From assembly GCA_965231035.1 (NCBI GenBank), contig OZ246409.1:301101-333100 (forward strand): 32,000 bases of DNA. The letters run 5' to 3'. The position numbers and the translations under genes were made by a program. Numbering within the stretch: the stretch's first letter is position 1; the number at the start of each line of letters is the position of its first letter. Below, piece after piece: positions 15,133 through 23,887 of this stretch. The stretch comes from an uncultured Muribaculaceae bacterium. Lineage in GTDB: Bacteria > Pseudomonadota > Alphaproteobacteria > Rs-D84. Under the pieces are notes generated by a model. The model was given only the letters and a program-made list of their open reading frames with translations. It was not told the origin of the DNA and ran no database searches.

Positions 15133-16002
15133 TTATAAAAACCATTCTAATTTTTTCACAAGTTTTTTAACTTCTTTTTCTTTGATATCTCCCAAAGATG
15201 TTGAAACAATTGCCCAACAAACACAGTTTACCCTATCTACCAAAGAGGTTTTTATTACGATTTCAATATCAACATGTATCCCAGATTTCAATTCATAAGC
15301 GTGTAAGATTTCTTTCAGAAAATCCTTGTATTTTGGGTTATAAAGACTTTGAAAATCATACGCTCTATTACCAAAATTAGCATCTGCCCAGTCAAAAACA
15401 CCTGTTAGGTGTAAATCTTTATTTATTAAACTATTTCCACCACTGAAATCACGATGTAATAGGACAATATCATCAGAATTAAAAATATCTGCATTTTCAT
15501 ATTTATTGTATATATTACTTATTTCTTTATCTGATAAAAACGGCTGTAAATTTTTATTTACATAATCAAAAGATTCCAATTTAAATTTTCTTATTTTTAA
15601 TAAGCCTGGAAATTCTTTTTCTATTTTATTTTTATCTATTTTGTGAACAGAATTAAAAAAACTTGCACAATCATTTATAAAATTTTTTTGCAAATCATAT
15701 GGTTTATTATTTATACCTTCAACGTCCCAACCATTACCAAGTAACATTTTATGAGTTGTATATGGATATTCAACATTATCTACTATTATAATTTTTGGAA
15801 TTTGAACTTCAATATCATTACGAACAAAATCTGTTATTTTTTGTTCTTTTTTATAATCATCCATATTCTTTTTAGGAAATCTTAATATATTATCATCGAC
15901 AATAAATGCTATTGAATCCCAGCCTTCTCCAACAAAGTTTATTTTTGAACTTGAAAACTTATCTTTTAAAAAATCTTCTAAAATATCTTTATTTATTACC
16001 AT
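15133..16002 (-). CDS. aminoglycoside/antibiotic phosphotransferase (APH)-fold kinase family protein
   Basis: 289 aa. Glycine-loop-like VGEGWDSIAFIV. Conserved Lys context LRFPKK. Catalytic loop LLHRDFSGGNSL (HxDxxxxN, nt 15433-15456). Activation segment GVFDWADANFGNRAYDF (nt 15352-15396). This is the pattern of the APH/choline-kinase superfamily. Confidence 0.8.
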   Translation of the reverse strand: MVINKDILEDFLKDKFSSSKINFVGEGWDSIAFIVDDNILRFPKKNMDDYKKEQKITDFVRNDIEVQIPKIIIVDNVEYPYTTHKMLLGNGWDVEGINNKPYDLQKNFINDCASFFNSVHKIDKNKIEKEFPGLLKIRKFKLESFDYVNKNLQPFLSDKEISNIYNKYENADIFNSDDIVLLHRDFSGGNSLINKDLHLTGVFDWADANFGNRAYDFQSLYNPKYKDFLKEILHAYELKSGIHVDIEIVIKTSLVDRVNCVCWAIVSTSLGDIKEKEVKKLVKKLEWFL

Positions 16003-16025
16003 TAATTGACCTTTTTACAATCAAG

Positions 16026-16034
16026 ATTATATCA
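16026..16034 (-). promoter_or_regulatory. candidate extended -10 promoter (TGATATAAT on minus strand) for the APH-fold kinase gene
   Basis: The reverse complement of 16026-16034 is TGATATAAT. It lies directly downstream of the rpsK terminator and 23 nt upstream of ATG 16002, with AAAGG in between. Confidence 0.4.
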
Positions 16035-16035
16035 T

Positions 16036-16062
16036 AAAAAACCCGCCAATTGGCGGGTTTTT
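16036..16062. terminator. intrinsic terminator after rpsK
   Basis: aaaaaacccgccaattggcgggttttt, 7 nt downstream of the rpsK stop. Confidence 0.8.
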
Positions 16063-16068
16063 ATTTTA

Positions 16069-16452
16069 TTAAACGCGGCGGACTTTCTTTGGTCTGCAAC
16101 CATTATGTGGAATACGTGTTGTATCTGTGATGCTTTGAACAATCAAACCAGCATTTGACAAACCACGAACAGCAGATTCACGACCCTGACCAATACCACG
16201 CATCAGAACATCAACTGTTTTCATTCCCATTTCAGCAACTTTCTTACCAATGCTGTCTGCAACAACAGTAGCTGCATATGGTGTTGATTTCTTGGCGCCC
16301 TTGAAATTATTTGCGCCAGCGGTTGCCCAAGTCAATACACTGCCTGCTTGGTCTGTGATTGTAATTCTGGTGTTGTTATTAGTTGCAACTACATGGGCAA
16401 TACCATGAGATACTTTTTTAATAACTTTCTTTTTTGTTTTTGCAATTGCCAT
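16069..16452 (-). CDS. rpsK: 30S ribosomal protein S11
   Basis: C-terminus ...DTTRIPHNGCRPKKVRRV is typical of S11. Follows rpsM. Confidence 0.97.
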   Translation of the reverse strand: MAIAKTKKKVIKKVSHGIAHVVATNNNTRITITDQAGSVLTWATAGANNFKGAKKSTPYAATVVADSIGKKVAEMGMKTVDVLMRGIGQGRESAVRGLSNAGLIVQSITDTTRIPHNGCRPKKVRRV

Positions 16453-16476
16453 TATTTATACCCTATTTTTTATTTT

Positions 16477-16854
16477 TTATTTACCCTTGCTTGCACTGCC
16501 AGAAACGACAACACGTTTACCTTTTCTGGTACGTGCGTTTGTCTGTGTACGTTGACCACGAACTGGCAAACGGTTACGATGACGAATACCACGATAAGTT
16601 TTAAGATCTTGTAAACGTTTTATGTTCATTTGAACTTCACGGCGAACATCACCTTCTACTTTGAAATTTTCTTCAATGTAATTAGAAATGTTCACAACTT
16701 CTGTGTCGGTCAAATCTTTTGCGCGCAAACTGTCTTTGATTTTCAAAGCCTTGCAAATTTGGGCCGATTTTTTTGGTCCAATGCCATAGATATATCTTAA
16801 CGCAATTTCAACGCGTTTTTCTGATGGAATGTTCACACCTGCTATACGTGCCAT
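16477..16854 (-). CDS. rpsM: 30S ribosomal protein S13
   Basis: [26 protein letters not shown] is a typical S13 N-terminus. Confidence 0.97.
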   Translation of the reverse strand: MARIAGVNIPSEKRVEIALRYIYGIGPKKSAQICKALKIKDSLRAKDLTDTEVVNISNYIEENFKVEGDVRREVQMNIKRLQDLKTYRGIRHRNRLPVRGQRTQTNARTRKGKRVVVSGSASKGK

Positions 16855-16900
16855 ATTATATTTTCCTTTTTATTTTTTACCACTATCGTTTTGCTGCATT

Positions 16901-16911
16901 ATTTTATATCA
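16901..16911 (-). promoter_or_regulatory. possible -10 region (TGATATAAAAT on minus strand) upstream of rpsM
   Basis: Lies in the 93-nt secY-rpsM spacer, about 45 nt upstream of the rpsM ATG. Weak call. Confidence 0.25.
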
Positions 16912-16947
16912 AATACAACAAAAGTCAAACTTGTTTTTACCTTTTTA

Positions 16948-18264
16948 TTAACCCAAGACGCGGAAACGCCCCTTCTTTTTCTTGATAACATTGCTGTATT
17001 GCTTTGCAACAAGATATGACTGAACCTGGTTCATAGTATCCAATACAACGCCCGCAACGATCAAAACACTTGTTCCACCAATCATCAGTGGCATACCGAG
17101 ACGAGTGTTTAATATTATAGGCAAAACACAAACGACTATCAGATATAAAACACCGATTACCGTCGTTCTGGAAACAACACCATCCAAATGATGAGTTGTT
17201 TGTTCGCCTGGACGAACCCCCGGAATATAACCACCTGCATTTTTAAGATTGTTACTTGTTTCTTCAGAGTTGAAAACAACCGCTGTTTGGAAAAATGCAA
17301 AGAAAGCAATTAACAAAGTAAATACCCCAAGATATGTCCAAGTTCCATAAGTTAAAAATCCAATAATATTCTGAACTATTAAATTTTCACTTTGTGCAAA
17401 ACGTTGAATAAATGCTGGCAACATCATAATACTGGATGCAAAAACAGGTCCCATAACGCCAGACATATTTATCTTTATAGGAAGATAAGAGGCATTAGTA
17501 TTTGCAACACCATTCGCCATAACTTGACGTGGATATAAAATTTGGATACGACGTTGTGCCTGTTCAACGAATGCTATCAATGCGACTATACCGACAATAA
17601 AAACAATTATTAAACCAATCATCGCAGGTGACATCTGACCAACGGAACCAAAAGACAACATCTTTGCAATACCGTTCGGAATTTGTGCAACTATTCCAGC
17701 AAAGATTAATAACGAAGAACCCTGTCCGATTCCGCGTGATGTTATTTGTTCTGCTAACCACATAACGAAAACTGTTCCGCCAACTAACGCAATAACCGCT
17801 GAAAGTTCAAATATGAATCCTGGATTAACAACAGCGTAAACACCATTTACTGGTGCCATTGATTCCAAACCACGAACAATCGCCCAACCTTGGATAACTG
17901 CCAATAAAACTGCCAAATATCTGGTATATTGGTTGATTCTTATACGACCTGCTTCGCCTTCTTTGCGTAATTCACTCATTGATTTACTGGTTGCAGATAA
18001 TAATTGAATAACAATAGAAGCAGATATATATGGAAAAATGTTCAAAGCTAAAATAGACATACGTGACAATGAACCACCGCTGAACATATCAAACATTCCC
18101 ATCATTCCGTTATCACTGTTGAACAAATGTAAAACCGCGGAAGCATTTACACCAGGCAATGGGATAAAAGAACCAATACGATAAACAATTAACGCACCAA
18201 GTGTAAACAAGATGCGCTTTTGCAAATCTGATAAATTCTTAAAAAAGTCTTTTATAAACTTCAT
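16948..18264 (-). CDS. secY: preprotein translocase subunit SecY
   Basis: 438 aa polytopic membrane protein. N-terminus ...RILFTLGALIVYRIGSFIPLPGVN is typical of SecY. Position after rplO. Confidence 0.96.
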   Translation of the reverse strand: MKFIKDFFKNLSDLQKRILFTLGALIVYRIGSFIPLPGVNASAVLHLFNSDNGMMGMFDMFSGGSLSRMSILALNIFPYISASIVIQLLSATSKSMSELRKEGEAGRIRINQYTRYLAVLLAVIQGWAIVRGLESMAPVNGVYAVVNPGFIFELSAVIALVGGTVFVMWLAEQITSRGIGQGSSLLIFAGIVAQIPNGIAKMLSFGSVGQMSPAMIGLIIVFIVGIVALIAFVEQAQRRIQILYPRQVMANGVANTNASYLPIKINMSGVMGPVFASSIMMLPAFIQRFAQSENLIVQNIIGFLTYGTWTYLGVFTLLIAFFAFFQTAVVFNSEETSNNLKNAGGYIPGVRPGEQTTHHLDGVVSRTTVIGVLYLIVVCVLPIILNTRLGMPLMIGGTSVLIVAGVVLDTMNQVQSYLVAKQYSNVIKKKKGRFRVLG

Positions 18265-18295
18265 TACGGTTTAATCTCTCTCGAATACCAGTATG

Positions 18296-18754
18296 TTATT
18301 TATTTTTTATTGAACCACCAGCTTTAGAAATAGCTTCTTCGGCTGATTTGGACCATTTTTCAGCAACAATGTTTACGGCTGTTTTGATTTCACCCTTGCC
18401 TAAAACTTTCAAACCAGAAAGTCTGCGGTTGATAATTTTTGCATCAATCAAAGAATCTAAAGTGATAACTTTTTTCGCATCAATTTTTCCAGCTTTGACA
18501 AATTTTTCAATATCGCCCAAGTTGATTGTTACATAAGTTTTTGCGAATGGATTTTTAAATCCGAATTTTGGAAAACGACGCAAAATTGGCATCTGACCAC
18601 CTTGGAATGTTGCCTGTTTACGTGAACCGGCACGTGCTTTTTGACCTTTGGTTCCACGACCAGCAGTTTTGCCATATCCAGAACCCAAACCACGTCCAAC
18701 GCGTTTGATACTTTTACGTGCGCCAAAATTATCCATCAATGCATTCAGTTTCAT
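18296..18754 (-). CDS. rplO: 50S ribosomal protein L15
   Basis: MKLNALMDNFGARKSIKRVGRGLGSGYGKTAGRGTKGQKAR matches the L15 pattern. Confidence 0.96.
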   Translation of the reverse strand: MKLNALMDNFGARKSIKRVGRGLGSGYGKTAGRGTKGQKARAGSRKQATFQGGQMPILRRFPKFGFKNPFAKTYVTINLGDIEKFVKAGKIDAKKVITLDSLIDAKIINRRLSGLKVLGKGEIKTAVNIVAEKWSKSAEEAISKAGGSIKNK

Positions 18755-18771
18755 TTTATTTATTCCTTAGT

Positions 18772-18948
18772 TTATTTTACAATCGTTACCATATGAGAAA
18801 CTTTGGCAATCATACCACGAACAGATGGTGTATCACCCAATTCTTTGGTTTTACCAATACTTCCCAAACCCAAAGCCTTCAAGATTTTTACCTGAGAATC
18901 TGGTTGTCCGATAATACTTTTAACTTGTTTTACAATTATTTTAGACAT
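18772..18948 (-). CDS. rpmD: 50S ribosomal protein L30
   Basis: Below the ORF-track size cut-off. Hand translation of the minus strand from ATG 18948 gives MSKIIVKQVKSIIGQPDSQVKILKALGLGSIGKTKELGDTPSVRGMIAKVSHMVTIVK (58 aa, TAA at 18772-18774). L30-like, lying between rpsE and rplO, with an AAGG SD upstream. Confidence 0.9.
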   Translation of the reverse strand: MSKIIVKQVKSIIGQPDSQVKILKALGLGSIGKTKELGDTPSVRGMIAKVSHMVTIVK

Positions 18949-18979
18949 GTTCGTTACCTTTTAAATCTTTAAACCAGCA

Positions 18980-19534
18980 TTATTGATCTTGTGTTTCATC
19001 TGTATGCTTTTTACCATCACGGCCAGCAATAATTTCTGCAACTGTTTTTCCACGACGAGCAGCAACAGATTTAGGAGAATTCATTCTAGCAAAAGCATCA
19101 AACGCTGCACGGATCATATTATTTGGATTGTTACTGCCTTGGGATTTAACAACAACATCTTGGACACCCAAGCATTCAAATACTGCACGTAATGCACCAC
19201 CAGCGATAATACCAGTTCCAGGAACTGCACTGCGGATAACAACTTTGCTGGCACCGTATTTAGCAGCCGAGTCATGATGCAAAGTGCGACCTTCTTTCAA
19301 AGGAACACGAATCATTTTAGCCTTGGCAGCCTTGGTTGCTTTTTGAACAGCAGATTGGACTTCCAATGCTTTTCCTTTGCCGAAACCAACGCGACCCGCT
19401 TTGTCACCTACAACAACCAAAGCGCTGAAAGACATATTGCGTCCACCCTTAACGGTTTTGGAAACGCGATTGATAGAAACTAGTTTATCTACCAAGTTGT
19501 CTGTTTGTAATTTTTTATCATCAAAACGTGCCAT
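18980..19534 (-). CDS. rpsE: 30S ribosomal protein S5
   Basis: ...[27 protein letters not shown]... is a typical S5 core. Confidence 0.96.
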   Translation of the reverse strand: MARFDDKKLQTDNLVDKLVSINRVSKTVKGGRNMSFSALVVVGDKAGRVGFGKGKALEVQSAVQKATKAAKAKMIRVPLKEGRTLHHDSAAKYGASKVVIRSAVPGTGIIAGGALRAVFECLGVQDVVVKSQGSNNPNNMIRAAFDAFARMNSPKSVAARRGKTVAEIIAGRDGKKHTDETQDQ

Positions 19535-19579
19535 TACTTATGCTCCTTCATTGCAAAGACTTTGCTTTGCATTAAATTT

Positions 19580-19936
19580 TTAAATATTTACCCCACCTGC
19601 GCGTATAGCTTCGCACAAGGACTTGATACGACCATGATAGCGATAACCACCACGATCAAAATAACAATTCTTTTCAATCTTTGCCTTCTTTGCACGTTCA
19701 GCAAAAGATTTTCCAACTAATTCTGCACCAGCAACATTCCAACCTTTGCCTTTGAAAGCTTTTTCTTTGGAAGATGCAGCACAAACTGTATGACCTTTGA
19801 CATCGTCAATGGCCTGAATTTCAATGTGACGACCAGAACGGAAAACCGACAAGCGGATTTTTCCAGGGTTTTTTCTTTTCAACGCACCACGATTAGATAG
19901 CTTGCGTCTCTCATCAGTAGATAAATGTTTTAACAT
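19580..19936 (-). CDS. rplR: 50S ribosomal protein L18
   Basis: ...[18 protein letters not shown]... and C-terminal [26 protein letters not shown] are typical of L18. Confidence 0.96.
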   Translation of the reverse strand: MLKHLSTDERRKLSNRGALKRKNPGKIRLSVFRSGRHIEIQAIDDVKGHTVCAASSKEKAFKGKGWNVAGAELVGKSFAERAKKAKIEKNCYFDRGGYRYHGRIKSLCEAIRAGGVNI

Positions 19937-19954
19937 TTTTTTTCCTTTTTTGCA

Positions 19955-19972
19955 TCCCCGTAACAGCGGGAA
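19955..19972 (-). repeat. 18-nt hairpin-capable motif tccccgtaacagcgggaa, copy 1 (upstream of rplR)
   Basis: Identical 18-mer also occurs at 22092-22109. On the mRNA strand it reads UUCCCGCUGUUACGGGGA, about 18 nt upstream of the rplR ATG. Confidence 0.5.
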
Positions 19973-19979
19973 TTATTTT

Positions 19980-20147
19980 TTATCTTTGTTTGTTTCCATT
20001 TATATAGTCAGCATAGTTATTTCTTTTTTTTGTTGCTGCTTCACCTATTTTTTTGGCTGCATAACCCCCTGCAACTATCAAAGCAAAAAGAAACGCTCCA
20101 AATCCAACTATCTCTGCTGTACTTGCATTAGATTCCAAAAGTGTCAT
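19980..20147 (-). CDS. small single-pass membrane protein (55 aa) embedded between rplF and rplR
   Basis: Below the ORF-track cut-off. Hand translation gives MTLLESNASTAEIVGFGAFLFALIVAGGYAAKKIGEAATKKRNNYADYINGNKQR, with TAA at 19980-19982. AAAGG lies 8 nt upstream of ATG 20147. Same strand as the operon. It fills most of an otherwise unexplained 228-nt rplF-rplR gap. Confidence 0.5.
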   Translation of the reverse strand: MTLLESNASTAEIVGFGAFLFALIVAGGYAAKKIGEAATKKRNNYADYINGNKQR

Positions 20148-20164
20148 TTTACAACCTTTAACTA

Positions 20165-20716
20165 TTATTTCTTTTTACCTTCTTTGCGGTGGATCTTTTC
20201 ACCCTTATAGAATATGCCTTTACCTTTGTATGGATCTGCTTTGCGAACTTTGTGAACTTTGTCTGCAAATTGTCCAACCAAAACTTTGTCTGTTCCTTTG
20301 ATAACGAATTCAGTTGGTGTTGCACCCATTTCAACTGTCAGTCCAGCTGGAATTGGCATAACAACATCATGAGAATAACCAGCAATCAAAACCAAGTCTT
20401 TGCCCTTAACTGCTGCTTTGTATCCAACGCCTTTCATATACATTTCTTTTGCAAAGCCTTCGGTTACACCGATAACAGCAGACTTGATATTTCTTGTCAT
20501 TGTTCCCCACATAGCACGAGATTTTTTATCTTCTGCATCTTTTGGAGTAATAACAACTTCGTTATTTTCAATCTTGATTTCTACCAATTTAGCGTTTTTG
20601 GTATCCAAAGGCAACTTTAATTCGCCTTTTGGTCCCTTGACGACCAGATTTTCACCGGCGATCTGAACTGATACACCGCTTTTTACTTCTACTGGATATT
20701 TTCCTGCTCTTGACAT
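20165..20716 (-). CDS. rplF: 50S ribosomal protein L6
   Basis: MSRAGKYPVEVKSGVSVQIAGENLVVKGPKGEL matches the L6 pattern. Confidence 0.96.
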   Translation of the reverse strand: MSRAGKYPVEVKSGVSVQIAGENLVVKGPKGELKLPLDTKNAKLVEIKIENNEVVITPKDAEDKKSRAMWGTMTRNIKSAVIGVTEGFAKEMYMKGVGYKAAVKGKDLVLIAGYSHDVVMPIPAGLTVEMGATPTEFVIKGTDKVLVGQFADKVHKVRKADPYKGKGIFYKGEKIHRKEGKKK

Positions 20717-20763
20717 TTTTTTCTCACTTCGTTCGTTGACACTTTTGTTCAGTGCCTAATAAC

Positions 20764-21162
20764 TTATATAACTCTGCACAATACTTCACCACCAACATTC
20801 ATCAGGCGTGCTTTGTGGTCTGTCATAACACCGTTTGGTGTGGATACAATAGCAATACCCAAACCGTTTAATACTTTTGGCATTTTTACACTGCCAGAAT
20901 AAACACGGCGACCAGGTTTGGAAACAATCGAAATTTCTTGGATTGCACCAGCCCCACCAACGTATTTCAGATTTACAACCAAGTTCGCACGTTTTTCATC
21001 AATTTGATCTTTGCGAAAATCAATTATAAAACCTTCTTCTTTCAATACTGCCAACACAGCAGAACGTAATTTGCTGTTTGGTACTGTAACGAATTCCTTT
21101 CCGGCATTCTGACCGTTGCGAATGCGGGTCAACATATCTCCGATTGGATGCGATAACGACAT
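20764..21162 (-). CDS. rpsH: 30S ribosomal protein S8
   Basis: MSLSHPIGDMLTRIRNGQNA matches the S8 pattern. Confidence 0.96.
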   Translation of the reverse strand: MSLSHPIGDMLTRIRNGQNAGKEFVTVPNSKLRSAVLAVLKEEGFIIDFRKDQIDEKRANLVVNLKYVGGAGAIQEISIVSKPGRRVYSGSVKMPKVLNGLGIAIVSTPNGVMTDHKARLMNVGGEVLCRVI

Positions 21163-21206
21163 AATTTGCTCCTTATTTGTAAAGCCCCTGCTTTACATTT
21201 TAATTT

Positions 21207-21509
21207 TTACCAGCTTGACTTACGAACACCTGGCAACTTACCTTCAGATGCCAATGTGCGAACCTGTTGACGGCATAAACCGAACATTCTTGAATAACTA
21301 CGTGAACGTCCCGTAACCGAGCAACGATTGTGCAAACGAGTTTTGTTTGCATTACGTGGCAGCTTAGCCATCTTTTTCATAGCTTCCATACGTTCATCAG
21401 GCGTTGCATTTACAGACATCTTCGCTTTGATTGCATCATGCTTTTTTGCATATTTTGCAACCAATTTTACGCGCTTTGCCTGTTTATTTATCAGTGCTAA
21501 TTTAGCCAT
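21207..21509 (-). CDS. rpsN: 30S ribosomal protein S14 (long form)
   Basis: MAKLALINKQAKRVKLVAKY... ending ...LASEGKLPGVRKSSW. 100 aa. Confidence 0.96.
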   Translation of the reverse strand: MAKLALINKQAKRVKLVAKYAKKHDAIKAKMSVNATPDERMEAMKKMAKLPRNANKTRLHNRCSVTGRSRSYSRMFGLCRQQVRTLASEGKLPGVRKSSW

Positions 21510-21525
21510 GTTTATTTACCCTTTT

Positions 21526-22071
21526 TTATTTCAAAACCAGCGGCAAGCCCATCTTTGTCAGAAGAGCACGCGCTTCGTCATCTGTTTTTGCAGTTGTTGC
21601 GATTACGATATCCATTCCAATAATGGAATCGATTTTATCAATAGAAATTTCTGGGAATATCAAATGTTCTTTGATTCCAAAAGCATAATTTCCACGACCA
21701 TCGAATTTTGATTTTGACAATCCAGCAAAGTCTTTTACACGTGGCAATGCAACTGTAACCAACTTATCCAAAAAGTCATACATTCTTTTACCACGCAATG
21801 TAACTTTTGTACCAATTGCTTGACCTTCACGCAGACGATATGTTGCAATAGATTTTTTTGCCTTGGTAACAACTGGCTTTTGTGCTGCGATAGCCATCAA
21901 GTCTGCAACTGCTGATTCTAATTTCTTTTTATCGGAAACAGCTGCGCCAACACCCATATTCAAAACAATTTTTGAAAGCTTTGGTACAGCAAATTTATTT
22001 TTGTATCCGAATTCTTTTTCCAATTCAGGCACAACTTTCTTTTCGTAAAATTCACGCAATCTACTTTGCAT
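21526..22071 (-). CDS. rplE: 50S ribosomal protein L5
   Basis: 181 aa with ...[21 protein letters not shown]...; position between rplX and rpsN. Confidence 0.96.
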   Translation of the reverse strand: MQSRLREFYEKKVVPELEKEFGYKNKFAVPKLSKIVLNMGVGAAVSDKKKLESAVADLMAIAAQKPVVTKAKKSIATYRLREGQAIGTKVTLRGKRMYDFLDKLVTVALPRVKDFAGLSKSKFDGRGNYAFGIKEHLIFPEISIDKIDSIIGMDIVIATTAKTDDEARALLTKMGLPLVLK

Positions 22072-22091
22072 TTCTTTTTCCTTTTTCTACG

Positions 22092-22109
22092 TCCCCGTAA
22101 CAGCGGGAA
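22092..22109 (-). repeat. 18-nt hairpin-capable motif tccccgtaacagcgggaa, copy 2 (upstream of rplE)
   Basis: Identical to 19955-19972. Lies in the 46-nt rplX-rplE spacer, about 20 nt upstream of the rplE ATG. Confidence 0.5.
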
Positions 22110-22117
22110 CTTTTATT

Positions 22118-22420
22118 TTATATCTGGGCCCCAGACTTTTTTGAAACGCGAACTTTTTTGTCGCCTTCCATTTTATAGCCTACGCGTGTTGGTTTTTTTG
22201 TTTTTGCATCAAACAAAGCAACATTAGAAACATGAATTGGTGCTTCGCGATCGATGATTTCACCTGGCTTTTCTTGGGTTGGTTTGATGTGCCATTTATG
22301 ACGGTTGACACCTTCGACAACAACCTTAGAGTCGGCTGGGCGTGCTTCAATAACTTTACCTTTGACGCCTTTATATTTTCCCGAAATAACTACGACTTCG
22401 TCGCCTTTTTTAATTTTCAT
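22118..22420 (-). CDS. rplX: 50S ribosomal protein L24
   Basis: [23 protein letters not shown] is a KOW-type L24 N-terminus. Confidence 0.96.
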   Translation of the reverse strand: MKIKKGDEVVVISGKYKGVKGKVIEARPADSKVVVEGVNRHKWHIKPTQEKPGEIIDREAPIHVSNVALFDAKTKKPTRVGYKMEGDKKVRVSKKSGAQI

Positions 22421-22451
22421 CTTATTATTCCTTTTACTTACGACTTAAGAC

Positions 22452-22826
22452 TTATATAACTTCTGGTGCCAAAGATACAATCTTTTGAACATCATATTTA
22501 CGACGAACTTCGCGCGCAACTGGTCCAAAGATACGTGTTCCAATTGGTTCAAAGTTGTTTTTGTTAATCAATACTACTGCATTGTCGTCAAAACGGATGA
22601 TAGAACCATCAGAACGTTTAACTGGAAACTTTGTACGAACGATAATTGCGCGTTGTACAGTTCCTTTTTGAACTTTACCACGTGGAATTGCTTCCTTGAT
22701 GGCGACAACAATTTTATCCCCAACTGTTGCATAACGACGATGAGAACCGCCCAAAACCTTGATACACATAGCTTTACGTGCACCACTGTTATCTGCAACT
22801 GTCATAACTGTTTCATTTTGAATCAT
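22452..22826 (-). CDS. rplN: 50S ribosomal protein L14
   Basis: [27 protein letters not shown] matches the L14 pattern. Confidence 0.96.
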   Translation of the reverse strand: MIQNETVMTVADNSGARKAMCIKVLGGSHRRYATVGDKIVVAIKEAIPRGKVQKGTVQRAIIVRTKFPVKRSDGSIIRFDDNAVVLINKNNFEPIGTRIFGPVAREVRRKYDVQKIVSLAPEVI

Positions 22827-22926
22827 AACTTTTTTCCTTGTCCCTGCTGATAAGGCAATTCCCCACAGCTTTGTTATCAGGTTTCGACTGTTGGATTTTT
22901 AACCCAACCTCAAAAAACCTTTTTGG

Positions 22927-23193
22927 TTACCCTACTTCTACTTCGTTGTTTTTTGCAACGCCGACACGACCCTTTACAACCCAAGATTTTGTCTTGGATA
23001 TTGGGCGATGTTCTTCAATAGCAACGATTTCGCCAACTTTGTATTCGTTTGCTTCGTCGTGTGCTTTGTACTTTTTGTTCTGCTTTACGAACTTGCCGTA
23101 CAGAGGATGACGAAAGCGACGTTCCACTTCGACAACGACTGTCTTGTCATTTGCTGTACTTGTAACGGTTCCTTGCAGTATTCGTCTTGGCAT
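22927..23193 (-). CDS. rpsQ: 30S ribosomal protein S17
   Basis: ...[32 protein letters not shown] matches the S17 pattern. Confidence 0.96.
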   Translation of the reverse strand: MPRRILQGTVTSTANDKTVVVEVERRFRHPLYGKFVKQNKKYKAHDEANEYKVGEIVAIEEHRPISKTKSWVVKGRVGVAKNNEVEVG

Positions 23194-23221
23194 AACTTAT
23201 CTCTTTTTTATTTTGTTGTTA

Positions 23222-23428
23222 TTATTTCTTTGCTGCGTTCAATTTTGTTTTTACGCGCGCAATTTCGCGACGAGTTTTGCGAACAACATGAGTCTTTGGC
23301 ATTTGTCCAGCTGCATGTTGGAAACGCTGATTCATCGCTTCTTTTTTCAAGTCCAACAGTTGGCTTTGCAATGCATCCATTGTCAATGCTTCTGTTGAAG
23401 ATGTGTTTTTAACTTTCTTTTCTGCCAT
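23222..23428 (-). CDS. rpmC: 50S ribosomal protein L29
   Basis: 68 aa with ...LLDLKKEAMNQRFQHAAGQM...; position between rplP and rpsQ. Confidence 0.93.
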   Translation of the reverse strand: MAEKKVKNTSSTEALTMDALQSQLLDLKKEAMNQRFQHAAGQMPKTHVVRKTRREIARVKTKLNAAKK

Positions 23429-23443
23429 CTTTGGTACTCTTTT

Positions 23444-23857
23444 TTAGTTCGCTTTACGTTCTACGATTTTTGTTTTCACTGGCAATTTTGCACTTGCTAA
23501 TGCGAATGCTTCCATTGCGATTTCTGGTTTAACACCATCCAGTTCGAACATAATACGACCTGGCTTTACGCGGCAAACCCAATATTCCACAGCGCCTTTA
23601 CCTTTACCCATACGAACTTCGGCTGGTTTTTTGGTAACTGGAACGTCTGGGAATATACGAATCCAAAGTTTTCCCATACGTTTCATGTGACGAGTAATCG
23701 CACGACGTGCAGCTTCGATCTGACGAGCTGTAACGCGTTCTGGTGTCATTGCTTTCAGTCCATAAGATCCGAATGCTAATTCGCTGCCACCTTTGGTCAC
23801 ACCGTGGATACGACCTTTGTGCTGTTTGCGAAACTTTGTTTTATTTGGCATTAACAT
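23444..23857 (-). CDS. rplP: 50S ribosomal protein L16
   Basis: [19 protein letters not shown] matches the L16 pattern. Confidence 0.96.
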   Translation of the reverse strand: MLMPNKTKFRKQHKGRIHGVTKGGSELAFGSYGLKAMTPERVTARQIEAARRAITRHMKRMGKLWIRIFPDVPVTKKPAEVRMGKGKGAVEYWVCRVKPGRIMFELDGVKPEIAMEAFALASAKLPVKTKIVERKAN

Positions 23858-23887
23858 AACATTTTCCTTTTATCGCAACTTTAATTT

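Noticed and set aside
18772-18948. Suspected frameshift in rpmD (L30)
   Set aside because: On first reading I mis-joined two sequence lines and saw an extra base near 18840. Re-indexing gives an intact 59-codon frame (177 nt) encoding a full L30, so there is no frameshift.
22827-22926. 100-nt rpsQ-rplN spacer as a novel element
   Set aside because: A gap here is expected, since this is the S10/spc operon boundary. It contains only a modest 7-bp hairpin (ctgataa/ttatcag) and A/T runs. I could not define a convincing promoter or terminator.
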